From positions 82,090 through 146,089 of the forward strand of contig CDMY01000259.1 of NCBI GenBank assembly GCA_001179505.1: a stretch of 64,000 nucleotides of DNA, written 5' to 3'. Of this stretch, positions 34,691 to 47,460 are shown in pieces. Positions within the stretch are counted from its first letter, which is position 1. Each line of letters starts with the position of its first letter. The DNA is from Vitrella brassicaformis CCMP3155. Taxonomy: Eukaryota; Protista; Chromerida. Below the pieces are notes generated by a model. The model worked only from the letters and a program-made list of their open reading frames with translations, did not search any database and was not told the DNA's origin. Position numbers and translations under genes: made by a program.

Positions 34691-37600
34691 ATGGCCGGCC
34701 CTCCCGACGCCGCCTGGGCGATGGTGACTGGCGACGCGTGGGCCCAATCGCACTTCAACTTCAAGGAGTTGAAGGGAGCCGGTGGGCAGAGACAAGCCGC
34801 CACCATTGCAGTGATGCAGTATGTCTCCGTCTCGCTGTCTTCAGGGGCGAGTGGGGTTGTCGTTTCGTGTGAGCAGAGGCCTAGCAGCAACCTGCCGGAC
34901 GTGCCGGCAAACGGCCCTCTGGCTCTCAAGATGGTGAGCCTATACGGCCAGAGAGCCACTGGCAGAGGGCTAGAGGGTGTCACTGTTTTGGTTGATTGAC
35001 ATACTCATGTGTGTGATGCATTCATTGCAGCCCAAGCTGCCGCCCAACCCAACACCGGACGATATCGATGACGTGGAATATAGCACCCAGGAAGAGGTAA
35101 TGGATTCATTATCGCTCACCCCCGCCCGCCCGGCAACGCATTGTCGTTTGTGGTGCGTTGACTGCAGGTCAAGATGGGCAAAGAGGTGGCCGGCAACGAC
35201 AACATATGCACGACCTACGCCATGTTCACCACCTTGACCGGCCCCCAACACCAAAAGCGATTCTGGATCGTCCAGAAGGGGTGTGAGACGACTCTGGGGG
35301 TGTGGATCGACGCGGAGAGGGCAAAAGACATCGCAGCGGGCATGTACGGTACGTTACCTTCTCAGTCAAGCAATCAATCAGACACTCAATCACACAAAGG
35401 TATGCCTGTCTCTGTCTGTGTGTGTCTGTGTGTGTGTGTGCGTGTGTGTGCGTGTGTGTGCGTGTGTGTGTGTCCATTGGATGCGACCAGGGATTGGCGT
35501 TGACAAGGTGTTGTTGAAGTTCTATCCGTTGCTCAAGGGGGTTGCTCACATGCACTTTAAGAAAGGTGCGAAGAGCCGGACATTCAACAGATACACAGGC
35601 GTGCAGACACCGAGTACGGCGTTTGTTTCCTGCCTGCAGTAGCCCACCTCGACCTCAAAGCCGAGAACGTATTCCTCACCAACACCGAGACGGTCAAGAT
35701 AGGAGACTTTGGTACGGAGGCATAGACTCTTTCCCTTGTGTGCCTGTCTGTGGATGTTTATCGGTCTGGCTGTCTGTCTGGCTGTCTGTCTGGCTGTCTG
35801 TCTGTCTGGCTGTCCAGGATTGTCGGAGAAGTTTGACGCCTCCATCAGCCACCACACTCCGCAGATGGTCGGCGGCACAAGCCAGCCCGCAAAAAAAAGA
35901 GACATCCATCTATTGGTTGGTGCATTGATGGCTTGGTGGTGCAGTGTACGCTGCCTTACCGGGCCCCAGAGATGCTGGGAGGCAAGACCGACTACACACT
36001 CGAAGTGGACATGTGGTACACATTTGTGGACTGACACACATCATGGATCTGTCTGTCCATCTGACGCCTGTGTCTGTGTGTGTTTGTGTGGTGTCTGCAG
36101 GTCGCTGGGGGTAATGTTGTATGCCGCCCTCAAGGGCGTGGCTCCCTTCAAATTCACCCTGGACGACGATTATGGCCGGGTACGCCGAGCCCACATCATG
36201 AGATTGCGTATTGTGTCTGTGTGTGTGATGTCTTTGACTCATTGTGCAGTTTGATTTGCTCAATGAGATCCTAAGGCACCGACGGGCGCCGCCGGCTTAT
36301 CTGTAAATACTCGAGAGCCTGCCTCTCGTGCAAACCCTCGTCGCGCAGGGCGAGGTAATACACACATACTCGGAAAGCGTGTGCGTGTGTGTGGGGTGGT
36401 TCTGATTGTTTGTGCCCTCCCTCCCTCCCTCCTTACTTTGATCATCAGGCGCTCAACACGCTCCGAGCTCGTCATATGACCGAAGACGAAGAGCTGGAGG
36501 AGCTGCACAACATGCTCGGGCGGCCCGACATTCCGAAGACCCACCCTGTCGTGGCTCTACTGAATAGGTACGTGAAGACGGAGACATAATAAGGCAGTCA
36601 ATCCAAGTGTGTGTACGTCTCCCCCTCTTTGGTGCTTAGAGGCGTGGATGCTCACCTGGCTTGCGTCTGTGCGCCCGTGTGTGTGTGTGTATCGTGCAGG
36701 CTGCTGCAGGTCAACCCAGCCGAGCGACTCAAGGCAGATCAGGCCTTGTTGGACGACGCCTTCATCGCGGCCCGTGCGCACGAGGCGGGTTAGTCAATCA
36801 GCTTATGGGCAACACTGAGCCACTCCCCACCGTAAGTGTAAGTGTGTCTCTGTCTTTCTGTGGCTGCTGGTGCTTTCCACAGCTCAAGCTGCTGCTGCCG
36901 CCGCTGCTGCCGCCCTCGCACTACAGTTGCCAGTGCAGCAGCCCCCTGCAGCCGCACCACAGCACCAGCCGCCTGCGGTCAAGAAGAGGCGCGTCATTCC
37001 GAAGAGCTTTGCCAAGAAGGCCGCGCACAAGAAGGCAGGGAGGGTGGTCAAGAAGGACATAGTCAAGAAGCCGAAGCCACCAGCCAAGGCCAAGTCAAAG
37101 TCCTGCCAGGCCAGCAAGAACAAGGCCAACAAACGTATCGCACAGAAGCCGGGTGAGTGGAGGGGAAGGTGGTGCCACAAGTGCAAAGCTGGCAATGGAT
37201 CATTCTGCTGCTGTGATGTGTGTCTGTCGTCTTCCCACATTCAGTCAGCAGGCGTGTTCGCGAGGCGCCGTCTGCCCCGCAAGTACGCAACATACCGCAA
37301 TTCACACCTCACCGTGAGTTCATGTCTCTCCCTCTCTCTCTCTATCTCTGTCTCTGTTTAGGGCGCTGCTGTTTGCGACACCAAGGCCAAGGCCAAGGTG
37401 CAGGCCATGAGGGCCAAGGTGCAGGCCAAGAGCGGTGTGGCGAAGAAGCGCATCGCTAACAAACCTACTGGTACACGCCGACGACACTGAGTGACGGGTG
37501 CGCTCATATGCCTTTCGATCCTTCTGTGTGTGCCGTGTCTGTAGGGGTGGGTGGCAAACCCAAGGCCAAGGCCAAGACTCGTAGATCCAATCGCAAAGGT

Positions 37601-38012
37601 GAGTGACCAAATACACACACACACCTCACCTGAATCCATTCACCGTGCCTCCCGTGTGCCCTCCTCAGCGAAGAGCGGCAAGGACGTCAAGAAACCCATC
37701 CACAAGAAGCCGCCCGCCCCGCCAAAGGGCCGCAAGGCCGCCAGGAAAGCCAACAGTGCCGCAGCGGCAGGCACTTCCACGCCACGCGACGCCACGAAGA
37801 AGCCACCCAAGAAGCATCAGCCCAAGAAGCCCACCAAGCCGGCCGCACCCGCACCCGCCGCCGCACCGCCCCAGCAGCAACAGAATCGTAAGAAGCGCAA
37901 GGCGGGAGGCCAGCAGCCGGAGGGGGACAATCGAGGCGGCAAGGTGGCGAGGCAGGGCGTGATGACGCGGGCCATGTGCCGGAGCCAGGCCGCCTCGTCC
38001 ACCCAGCACTGA
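34691..38012 (+). CDS. Non-RD Ser/Thr protein kinase with long Lys/Ala/Pro-rich tail; in-frame TAA at 36304
   Basis: GAG|ASGVV, ALK, HLDLKAENVFL, KIGDFG, TLPYRAPE, DMW|SLG, LLQVNPAERL. Exon 36250-36354 reads FDLLNEILRHRRAPPAYL*ILESLPLVQTLVAQGE with phase-0 junctions on both sides. Alternative start is ATG 34529. Confidence 0.9.
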
Positions 38013-39431
38013 GAGAGGAGGAGGGGGGGTGGGAGGAAGGGAGCGTGTGCATGTTTCTTAGAAGGGGCTGTTTGAAGAGAAGTTTTTGAATCGTATCAGC
38101 AGTGGGTCGATCCATTCATATTAATGATGCATTCCGCTGTGCGCCTGCGTCGAGTCACCGACCCGTCGAGTGTGTGGGATGGATGGATGGATGTGTGTGT
38201 GTGTGTGTGTGTGGGATGGCCGTCTGTATGTCTGTCTGTCTCTCTCTCCGTCTGAATATATGTGCTGCATTGCCCCCAGGGGTGGAGAGGGCTCTCGAAG
38301 CCACACACCCGCATCGCGTTAGTCCCTCTCTCTCTCTCTCTCTGTCAAATGAGTGGTATTGGCAACGGTTTCTTTCATCGGGGAGATTGCGACTACGAGT
38401 GAGTGGGTGGCCTGTTTCTCGCTGCATTCATTGCATACATGGCCGGCTGGCTGGCTCTTTCTGGCAAGGTGGAGGACGCACCGAGGCACCCGGGTCGGCT
38501 GTCCGTCTGTCTGTCTGTTTGTCTGTTTCTTGGGGCTGGCTGTGTGTCTGTGTGGTCTCGTCAGTTTGTCTCTCTCATCGTTTCGTATGAGTGCCAGTCT
38601 GCCTGCCATCTGAGAGCGATTTCTGCACGAGAATCTGTCTGTCTGTCTGTCAATCCGTGGCCACTCTCTCTCTCTCTCTGGTTGGCTGCTTTTGCTCTTG
38701 TCGTTGGTGGGAAGGTCGGCAACAGGCCATATTCCTGTCTGTCTGCGCAGCCAGGAAAATGGCCGTGGTGTAAGTGAGTGAGAGAGCCGGTAGAGAGCCG
38801 TTTCATTACACATTCGGAAAGACACACACATAAACGGATAGTGGGGGGCGTACTTCTAGCTCTTTCGGCGGGAGGATGTCCCGCTCTCATGCTCACGGAG
38901 GTGGAGGATGACTCGGCCGGCCTTCCCTGTCTCTCTCTCTCTGTCTGTCTGTCTGTCTGTTTGTCGTTGCGCCCTATCTTTTTGCCTGGATGGATGGATG
39001 GATTGGTCTCTCCCCTTTTGTTTTCACCGCTGAGTCCGTGTGTGTGTGCGCTTGTGTGCGTCGGTCGACCGATCAGCCACCCACCCGCCCAGCTGATGGG
39101 AGATTCAGGGTGGAAGGGCAGCCAGCCAGCCATGGATGTATGGATGGAAAGGTGCAGCGTGAGACGGGTGCGTCCCCCCATACCAACCCCCGTGCACCAA
39201 CAGACAGATAGATGCGACAACGAACAGGGAGAGACAGATGGGAGAGACGGACTGATGTGTGTGATGGATGAAGATACCCATTTACGATGGATACGAACAA
39301 GGCAGGGTCCGCCAATGGATCAACCAATGAATTACCTGTACACGCCTTCATTCGCCCAGCCAGCCAGCCAGCCAGCCAGCCAATCAGCACACACCAACGT
39401 GCGTGTGCGCAAGCCCCAAGTCCAGTGACTG

Positions 39432-42121
39432 TCATGCTGTCGCCTCAAGGCCCTGCCCCTCCACATACACACCGTCCCTCCAGTCTGCCAGGGCAGCATT
39501 GGCCTTGAGGATGCCCTTGTCGCGCCACATACGGTGAGAAGTGCACCAGGAAGGATTATACAGGTCCTGGAGAGAGAAAGCACTCGTCAGGAGATGCCGA
39601 TTTACTGTAACCAGCGCCTTGCCTTGTACCGTTGCTCTCTTCAGCACATTGTCAAGTTCACACAGGTCCTGACAGACAGACGACACACAGCACCATGGAT
39701 GGATGGATGGATGGCCGCCCAATGGGTTGCCTGATCTGATCTGGACTCACCTCGTCGGAGAACATCGCCACACGGCCATTCACCTCATGCGGAATCAACT
39801 CAAGCATATCCCGCACCTGTAATCAGCCCACACACACAGCCATCCACCCATCCATCCATCCATTCACTGCCTGACCCACCAGCCGCCTTTCCTTTCTCCT
39901 TTGTAACGTGCGCATCTCACCGTCTGCATGCCTGTGGCGATCTGTCGGCTGTCTGTCTTGGCGTCAGTGCCGGGTGTGCCTTCCCATGTGGTGTAGACAT
40001 CTGTGAGGATGCGGGTGAGGGTCAGCAGGGCGGCAGGCTGCAGTGCGTGCAGCCGCTTCAGCAAGTGGCACAGAATGCCTAGAAGGAGAAATAAGTGATC
40101 GATCCACAGATGTCATTCGCCTGTGTGTGCACGTGGATCTGACCTTCCATTTTGTCGGGGTCCCACCACTTGAGGTCACCCAGCACTTGCAGGGCCCTCA
40201 CCCACTCCCCCACTGACAAGGAACTCGGCCGCCTGTCAGCACAACACACAAACACAGCACAGATAAGGTAGACACCCGAGAGAAAAGCAGTGCGGGTGTG
40301 CGTTGCGTCATGCGACTTCTTCTCACTCACTTGGCCAGTTCAGCCACGATGTCTTCGAGCGTGTCGCACGCCTCAGGAAGGGGTCCCAGTGTCAGCCGCC
40401 CTCTGCCCCACCTGTCGGCGTCCCATCCTGACACACGGAAACGACTTGCCACGCTTCAAGCGATAGGAAGAGGAGCTTGTGTGTACTTCCTGACCTCGAA
40501 TGATCGCCCGTTCCTCGGCGGACAGGCAGGACGACACAAAAGGATTCGACTCGGCCGCATTGGACTCGTCGTTAGTGGCCACCGGCAGATCTGCAGATCC
40601 AACGCCGATGGACCGTGTCCCTTCGCCAGCTGGAGGCAGAGCAGGATACCGCTGGAAGTGCTCGTGGTAGCGCATGATGCCCACCAGTACACTGCATACG
40701 CACAAAAGAAGCGCAAAAACACTCGATCAGACAAAGATAGTATTCGTATCACTCCTCCTCTCCATACGTGGTCAGCTGCGCTGGCTCCAGCTCTGCTCGA
40801 TGCCTCCGTGCATCCCGAAGAGCACGGCTGACGAAGCGAAGCGCCGCTGGGGAAGAATAAGCGGGGAGGGAGGGGTGGATGTGGGGGTGGGGGTCCGCCG
40901 CTGCTGAGGGCGGGGCGAGCCGCATGTTGTTGTGCCCGAGGAAGAGAGCCACGCTCGCGAACAGCTTTGAGAAGTACTCGGATGGGCATAAATGGAGCTG
41001 ACGGATATGGAACAAATGAAACAATGACACTAAGCAACGGGCAGAGAAGGCGTGCCATTGGTATGCCACCTGTCTCTCTGTGACGGTGATTATCTGCTCG
41101 AAGAGCGTTGGCGACAGCAGCGGCACCTCGATATCCCCTTGCCACTCAAGATCTCCGCCGCCCTCCTGAACGGCCTGCTGCCGCATCTCCTCGAGCGTCA
41201 GGTACGCCGGCAGAAGGGTCGCCACGTCGGCTGGAGTGAAGTAACACAGCTGACACACGAACCAACAGCGAAGGACGGATCCGCAGGGAATACATGCATC
41301 ACATATAGATACATCCATCAGTCCTCACACATACCTGTCTTTCCACTTCGCTGGTGAGCTTCCGGAGCAGCGGCAGATGGAAGAACCGATGCCTGATGTC
41401 CACACACATGAAGGAACGATTCAGTCAGTCAAGACGCGCACAATGAGTCGGTCGTTATCCGCTCACTTTGCCAGGGCCTTGGCCAGCAGAGCCGAGTCGT
41501 TAGCTGTGAAGTCCTGCCACAGCTGTGCGCCCACCGGCCCATCCTCACCCTCCTCGCCCTCCTCCGACGACACCAATGCAGCTCCATCCCGGGCATCCGC
41601 CTCTCCCTCAGCGGATCGGGTCTCCGCCAGTGGCCGCCTGATGCCGCCCCAGACGCTCAGCTCGCGCTCCTCCGACCCGCCAGACAACAGACGCTCGGCC
41701 ACCTGCCCAGAGCAACACACAGATCCCCCCCGTTATCATGAGATCGGCCATCCATCCATCCATCCATCCATCCATTTTATGTGCATACCTCGTTGAGCAT
41801 GCGTGTGTCGCGGACTCCCACGCAATGGAAGCCGAACAGAAGACGGCACAGCTGAGCCGGGCTGCGACAGACCAAGATCAACACAACCAACACAGTCATG
41901 GCTTCCTTGTCCCCACTGCCTTCAGCCGTTGCTCACCTGAATTGCGGCAGAAGTGCAGTCGCCCGAGCAGCGTATCTCTCCCACAGCTTGGGATCACTGG
42001 CGTGGGGCGTCCGGGCGGCCTTTTCGATGGATGCGAGCAGCCCTTGAGTACCGTTCTTGGCGGTTGCGTAGAGGGCGTCCCGACGATGCTGCAGAAGACG
42101 GAGAGGCGCCTGAGGAGCCAT
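39432..42121 (-). CDS. Helical-repeat (heptatricopeptide/OPR-like) putative organellar RNA-binding protein
   Basis: Spliced repeats DPKLWERYAARATALLPQF|SPAQLCRLLFGFHCVGVRDTRML; DFTANDSALLAKALA|KHRFFHLPLLRKLTSEVERQ|LCYFTPADVATLLPAY; LSVGEWVRALQVLGDLKWWDP. Basic N-terminus MAPQAPLRLLQHRR. 3' end approximate. Confidence 0.55.
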
Positions 42122-42135
42122 GCCTCAAGGGCCAG

Positions 42136-42158
42136 AGATCTGCTGTGTTGAGCTCGCA
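42136..42158 (+). promoter_or_regulatory. AGATCTGC and AGCTCGCA in the 92-bp divergent spacer
   Basis: AGATCTGC 42136-42143, AGCTCGCA 42151-42158, between ATGs at 42121(-) and 42214(+). Confidence 0.55.
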
Positions 42159-42213
42159 AGTGGGCGATCCGTCGAGAAGGGCCGTAGAAACATCCAGCCG
42201 TCGAAGCATCGTC

Positions 42214-44587
42214 ATGGCAGCGGCAGCGGCTGCAGGGAGTGCGGCTGAGAAACGGAAGCGACCAAGTCCTGGTGGTGGGGCTGAGGATGAGTGCGGCAAT
42301 CTGGATGAGAGCATCGCACACTGCCAGCAGCTCTTGGACGCGCTGCAGGAGATCAAGAATGACCTCATGCAGCAAGAGCGGGCCATTGGCGGGACGGCAG
42401 ATACCAGCGAGCCATCTGTAAGCAGGCAGAAATGGAGGAAAAGGCACGGCTTAAGTCACATGCACTGTTCGCGTGCCTTCCTCTTTGTGCTGTCGTCATC
42501 AGGCCGAGTGCATGCGTGAGATCTTGGCCTTCAACGTGGGCGGCGACACGACCGTCAAGGCTCGGCGGTCCACTCTGTGCGCCGTCAAGGGCACCGTGAT
42601 GGCACTCCTGTTCTCGGGCCGCTTCGACGCGGGATTCAGACGGGACAGCAACAACCGCATCTTCCTCCAGCTGTTTCCGGATGCTTTTACGTGGTGGGCA
42701 GACACAGCATGACTGGGGCAGGGCGTGGATCTCACACTGCCCCTCTGAGTGTGTGCGTGCGCTTTGTTTTTCAGGTTGGTAGGGCAGCTGCTCACATATG
42801 TCGGCGAGCAGACAATCGATAGCATCGTCATACCAGATTCCAGACGAAACGACACGCCGTTCAAGTAAGCCACACCGACAGGCAGACAGACAGACAGATA
42901 TACAGACGGCCGCGCGAGTTGTTGTGGTTGACATGTTGTGATGTGGCTGGTGTCTGTCAGGTATTGGGTAGAGTTGTTGATGTCGGACCCCGGCTACAAG
43001 CGCCGTGCGAGCCGTGTGCAGATCCCCCCCCTCACACAAGACCAGCAGGAGGAGCAGCAGCAGGGAGCGGGCGGCGAGCAGCAGCAGCAGCAGCAGCAGA
43101 GAGATGCTGAGGACCTCTCTGTAGAGCTGACGAGTATGATCAGGAGGGCCAAGGCTGACAGGGATGCCCAGATGGAGCGCCTCCAGGCCATCAGGCCGCT
43201 GCTCAAGACTGGCAACGTAGAGGACGATGCGGTGAGGTGAACAGAGATGGGCAGAGGAAGGCCAACTCGATGACGCGCTCTGTGCGTCATTTCCATGTTG
43301 GCAGTTGGTGTCGATTGAGGTGTCTGGTGCCGTCGTGACGGTGACCAAGGGCGTTGCCACTTCGCTCGGTGACGACTCCACCTTCGCAAACATATTCCTC
43401 AAGTGAGCAGCTGCCGTCACCGCACGCACACACAGACATCTCCACTGGATGCGATGCTGTCTGCGCGTGTGTCAGGTATGACCGCAGTAGTCATGAGGTA
43501 GATCCAGCGTACGTGCGGCGCATCGTGGACGCGGTGGCACGTGCCCACATGATGGGTGTGGCCGTCAAGGCGCTCGATGTGCAGGGGGCGGTGGGGGAGC
43601 TGGCCATCAAGGGATACCGACACGCACTCACAATGTAAAAACGGTGTGCGCACACAAGGCTGCTCAGCACACAAGGCCAGGCCTTGACGCCTCTTCTGTG
43701 TCTGAATGTGTGTTAGGTACGGTTTGGATAGCGATCGCTATTTGGGCCCTGTCGACGGGCTCCTCAAGCTGGAGCACCTGCAGAAGATGCGGCAGTGGTG
43801 TGAGGACGAGGAGGAGGACCCTCCTGCCATTCCCTCCCACTTGGGCGAGCCGCTCATCCGCATATACAAGTGAGGAAGAAGACCGAAGCAACTGCCAGCA
43901 TGACGGTCATCTCTCACTCTGCCTCTATGTGTCGTGTCAGGGCGACTGTGGATGGGTGGAAGTGGTTGGATTTCCTGGAGGCCGTCAAGGGCCACTCCCC
44001 TCTGCTGCTCATCTCCAAGGTCGACGCCACCACCGAGCTGTTCGCCATCATCATCGACGGGCCCATCGAGGTCGCGGGGGCGGCCGAGACCGAGCACGAC
44101 ACGAGAGCGCACGCCTTCAAGCTGCAGGGGACCGACAGCCACCCATACGTGGGCTACATGGGCTGGCGGAGCAACATGTACATCGCGGGCACACAGGTGG
44201 GTACTCATTCGAATGAGCGATTCAGGCAGGCGGTCATGGTGATGGTCTGCTCTCCATCCGTGTGTGCAGGAGAGAGTCACCCAGACCATCGATTTGTCTT
44301 CACCCGCCTCCGACGCGCCGGCCGTCCTTGTCACCGCATGTTTCGATTTCGGCATCCGACCGGCCGCCCAGCAGATCGGTGCCCCAGCAGCGGCCAGCGA
44401 CGAGACCATGAAGCGCTGCCAGGGGTACATTCTGGAGCACGACCAGCCCGACGTGTGGCTCCAGTGGCAGCGGCCGAGTGTGAGGCCGGGCCACCACGGC
44501 TGGGACGATGATAGCGTGTACCAGTGGTGTTCAGTGAAGGGGTTTCACTTCAACCTGTCCGACTTGGAGGCATACAAACTGGGGTGA
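42214..44587 (+). CDS. KCTD-type BTB plus TLDc-like domain protein
   Basis: BTB-like FNVGGDTTVKARRSTLCAVKGTVMALLFSGRFDAGFRRDSNNRIFLQLFPDAF; TLDc-like LIRIY|KATVDGWKWLDFLEAVKGHSPLLLISK and C-terminal FNLSDLEAYKLG*. Confidence 0.7.
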
Positions 44588-44768
44588 GGATGGGGGCCCT
44601 AGCCGTCCTGTTTGTACAGTGCAGTGCAGTGCAGTGCACAGACCGTGATACGCAATGGTTGCGTGAATGAGTCGATTCACACCCCAAAGAAGTCGAGTCA
44701 CATGAATAAGTCTTCATCTTTCATTGCCGCCACATAAAAGCACCCCGCGTTTGACACGCGCCCCTGAG

Positions 44769-45868
44769 CTAGCTACGACGACCACTCTCAGCCATCTTAT
44801 TGCGCCAGAGAGATACGCCCGTGGCAGCCAACTTCAGCGGCCCATTGCTCACGCCATCTCTGCTGGCGTGGCACAGCTCGGGCGGCAGCATCTCCAGCTC
44901 CTCGCACCGCAGGCCACCAACACCCTCACACAAATCCTTCACACCTTCGAGGCTCAACGCAAACGGCGGCCCGCCCTGACGCACGCAACGCACAGCACAC
45001 AAATGGGGAGTGTGACTTGAATGGCATATCTCTCTCATGTGTCACCTACCTCCTTGTTGCAGATAGCGAAGATGGCGACCATCAGCAGCCCGCTGTCCTT
45101 AAGCAGCGAGTGCATGCGCTTCGCCCACGCATCCTGACACAGACACACAATAAGCATCGGGCAGCCGTCCAAGCAGGTGTGCATTTCTCACTCTCATGTC
45201 TGGGTGAATAGCGCAGAGGAACGTGTAGTCGAGTATGAAGTCCACCACCCCACCCATCCACGTCAGGTCAGAAGCCACCTCAGGTATATCGAGGCCAATC
45301 ACCTCTAGTGGCGGGTCAGACAGCCCGCCCATGTCATGCCCACGACCTGAATGAATGAGTGAGTGAATGAGTGTGTGTAAGGCACCACACCAGCGTATGT
45401 GTCAGCTGCTTGTGTGCGAGAGTATGCTGACCGCATCCCGACACGAGTGCCTCTGCGTTAAAGACCACACCGTCGGCCACATACTTGACCAACACGTGTC
45501 GGGCGCCACAACGAGCCGCCCTCTGCAAGCAAGCCAAACAGACGGACGGACAGATCATCACGTCATGTAACAAAATGAATTTCATTGAGTGAATCAGTCC
45601 CCCACCTCCCATAATGTTCCATCGCGATGGCGTTGTCAGCGGCCTTGCCTTGGTCGCCGCCGCCTCTCAGTCGGGCCAGATCAGGCAGCAGGACGGCAGC
45701 ATGCTGATGTGTCGCCCTGGTCCGTCTTCGGAACGATGGGCGGGGGACGGGCTCGTGTGGGCGGCTGGCCGATGGCGGGAGGCCGGGCGATGACTGTGGT
45801 GAGATGGAGATGGATGCGCCATTTGCGAGCAGGACGGACGCCGTGGCTGGCAGAGATAACAGCTTCAT
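44769..45868 (-). CDS. Thiol/halide (TPMT/HOL-family) SAM methyltransferase, possibly degenerate, with N-terminal leader
   Basis: ALVSGC|GRGHD...VIGLDI...VDFILDYTFLCAIHPDMR|DAWAKRMHSLLKDSGLLMVAIFAICNKE|GGPPFALS, matching HOL-type motifs. The spacer between GLDI and DFILDY is only 13 aa. Exon 1 joins the enzyme frame only via a shifted acceptor (CAGAG). Confidence 0.8.
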
Positions 45869-45947
45869 TTGACAGATGGCTGACGAGGATGAACCAGGCT
45901 GCGGATCTGCTTGACGAGAGGGCAATGAAACGCACAAGGGGGAAAGG
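45614..45947 (-). repeat. Leader/5'UTR segment duplicated at 63522-63868
   Basis: Near-identical direct repeat. Visible differences include a 3-nt insertion and a 17-nt deletion flanked by CGCCA microhomology in this copy. Confidence 0.95.
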
Positions 45948-45951
45948 AAGC

Positions 45952-45971
45952 AGATCTCTTTCCAGCTCGCA
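45952..45971 (+). promoter_or_regulatory. AGATCT and AGCTCGCA in the methyltransferase/AP2S1 spacer
   Basis: AGATCT 45952-45957, AGCTCGCA 45964-45971. Confidence 0.5.
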
Positions 45972-46047
45972 CTCTGTGAGCGTGGCGAATTCGCTCTACA
46001 CAGAAGCATGGGCGACCAACAACCGAGGGGCCTCTGAGTGAGTGTCG

Positions 46048-46476
46048 ATGATTCGGTTCATCCTGCTGCAGAACCGGCAGGGAAAGACCCGCTTGTCCAA
46101 GTGGTATGTGCCTTTCGATGCTGCCGAGAAGAACAAGCTGGAGAGCGAAATACACCGGGCCGTCGTCACCCGGGACCGCAAGTGGACCAACTTCCTCGAG
46201 TACCGGTCCTACAAGCTCATCTACCGGCAGTACGCCGGGCTGTTCTTCACCTTCTGTGTGGACGTCAACGACAACGAGCTGGCCGTCCTCGAGCTGATCC
46301 ACCTGTTCGTGGAGGTGCTCGACGGCTACTTCGGCAACGTGTGTGAGCTGGACCTGGTCTTCCACTTCGACAAGGTCTACCACGTGCTGGACGAGCTGCT
46401 GCTGGCGGGGGAGGTGTCGGAGACCTCACAGGCCGTCATACTCGAGAAGCTCAGGCTGGTCGACAAGCTGGACTGA
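46048..46476 (+). CDS. AP2S1: AP-2 complex sigma subunit, single exon
   Basis: [20 protein letters not shown]...[24 protein letters not shown]...[34 protein letters not shown]; 142 aa uninterrupted. Confidence 0.95.
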   Translation: MIRFILLQNRQGKTRLSKWYVPFDAAEKNKLESEIHRAVVTRDRKWTNFLEYRSYKLIYRQYAGLFFTFCVDVNDNELAVLELIHLFVEVLDGYFGNVCELDLVFHFDKVYHVLDELLLAGEVSETSQAVILEKLRLVDKLD

Positions 46477-47460
46477 ATCATCACGACGGCAGATCAGATG
46501 ACTGAATGAATGATGGCTGGGTGGGCGCAGGGCTGCTCTGCTTGCGTGTGGAAAAGACTGACTGATGCAGCAGATGGGCTGTTGTTTGGTGTGTTCCGTG
46601 TTTCGCTCATCAGCTGTCGACCAGCATTGGCCGAAGCGCTTGTGACGCCGAGTACGCTTCTCTCGGTCGAAAAGGCGTCTCGTACGTCGCAGAGTGGGTT
46701 GGCAAATTCAGGTCGATAGCAGCGAGGTGCGATTAATCGAGAGAGTGCGTGTCCCTGTCTGTGAAATGAAGACGGAAAAGGTGTGTGCTGGGAACCCTTG
46801 TGAATGATGGCTGAGCGTTGTTGCGACCGTCAGTAGATGGGCAGCATCGTGGAGGTACCAAATGCGTTCTTCATCTGTATGAATCAGTCGGACACTAAGT
46901 CAGTCACCAGCCGGCAGCACGTCCACACACTTCCCCCCACACACACACACACACACACGGGGAGAGAGAGAGAGAGAGAGGTCCATTCCATTCATGTCGG
47001 CCAGCAGCAAGGCTCAAAAACTCAGGCACATCGTTCGTTCGTCACATCGACAGAGTGCGACAGAGACACCACCGAGTGAGCTACGAGGGAAAAGGGCCGC
47101 CTGCCTGCCTACCGAGAGAGCTAACCACAACGACACACACACATCCACACACACACTGCCTACCTACCTACCCACCTGATTGACACTGGACGAGCGCATT
47201 CCGCGACGTCCGTCGTCAGCTTTCCTTGAGCAAAAAAAGAACCCTTCCCGACACCCACGACAAGAGAGAGACCACAGGAAACCACAAGGAGAGAAATCAC
47301 GCACCCTCACACCGCCACACCGCACCCACATGTGCCCGATAACGTGAAAAACTCATGCCTGTGTGCCTGGCTGGCTGTTGGTGTCAGCAAATGGGTTGGT
47401 GGTGCCATGCAGTCACTCTACGGACGGACGTACGAAGGCAATCAGCGAGTGTGTGTGAGT

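Noticed and set aside
36304-36306. Reassigned genetic code or selenocysteine as the cause of the kinase stop
   Set aside because: The codon is TAA, not TGA, and TAA terminates the AAA ATPase gene normally.
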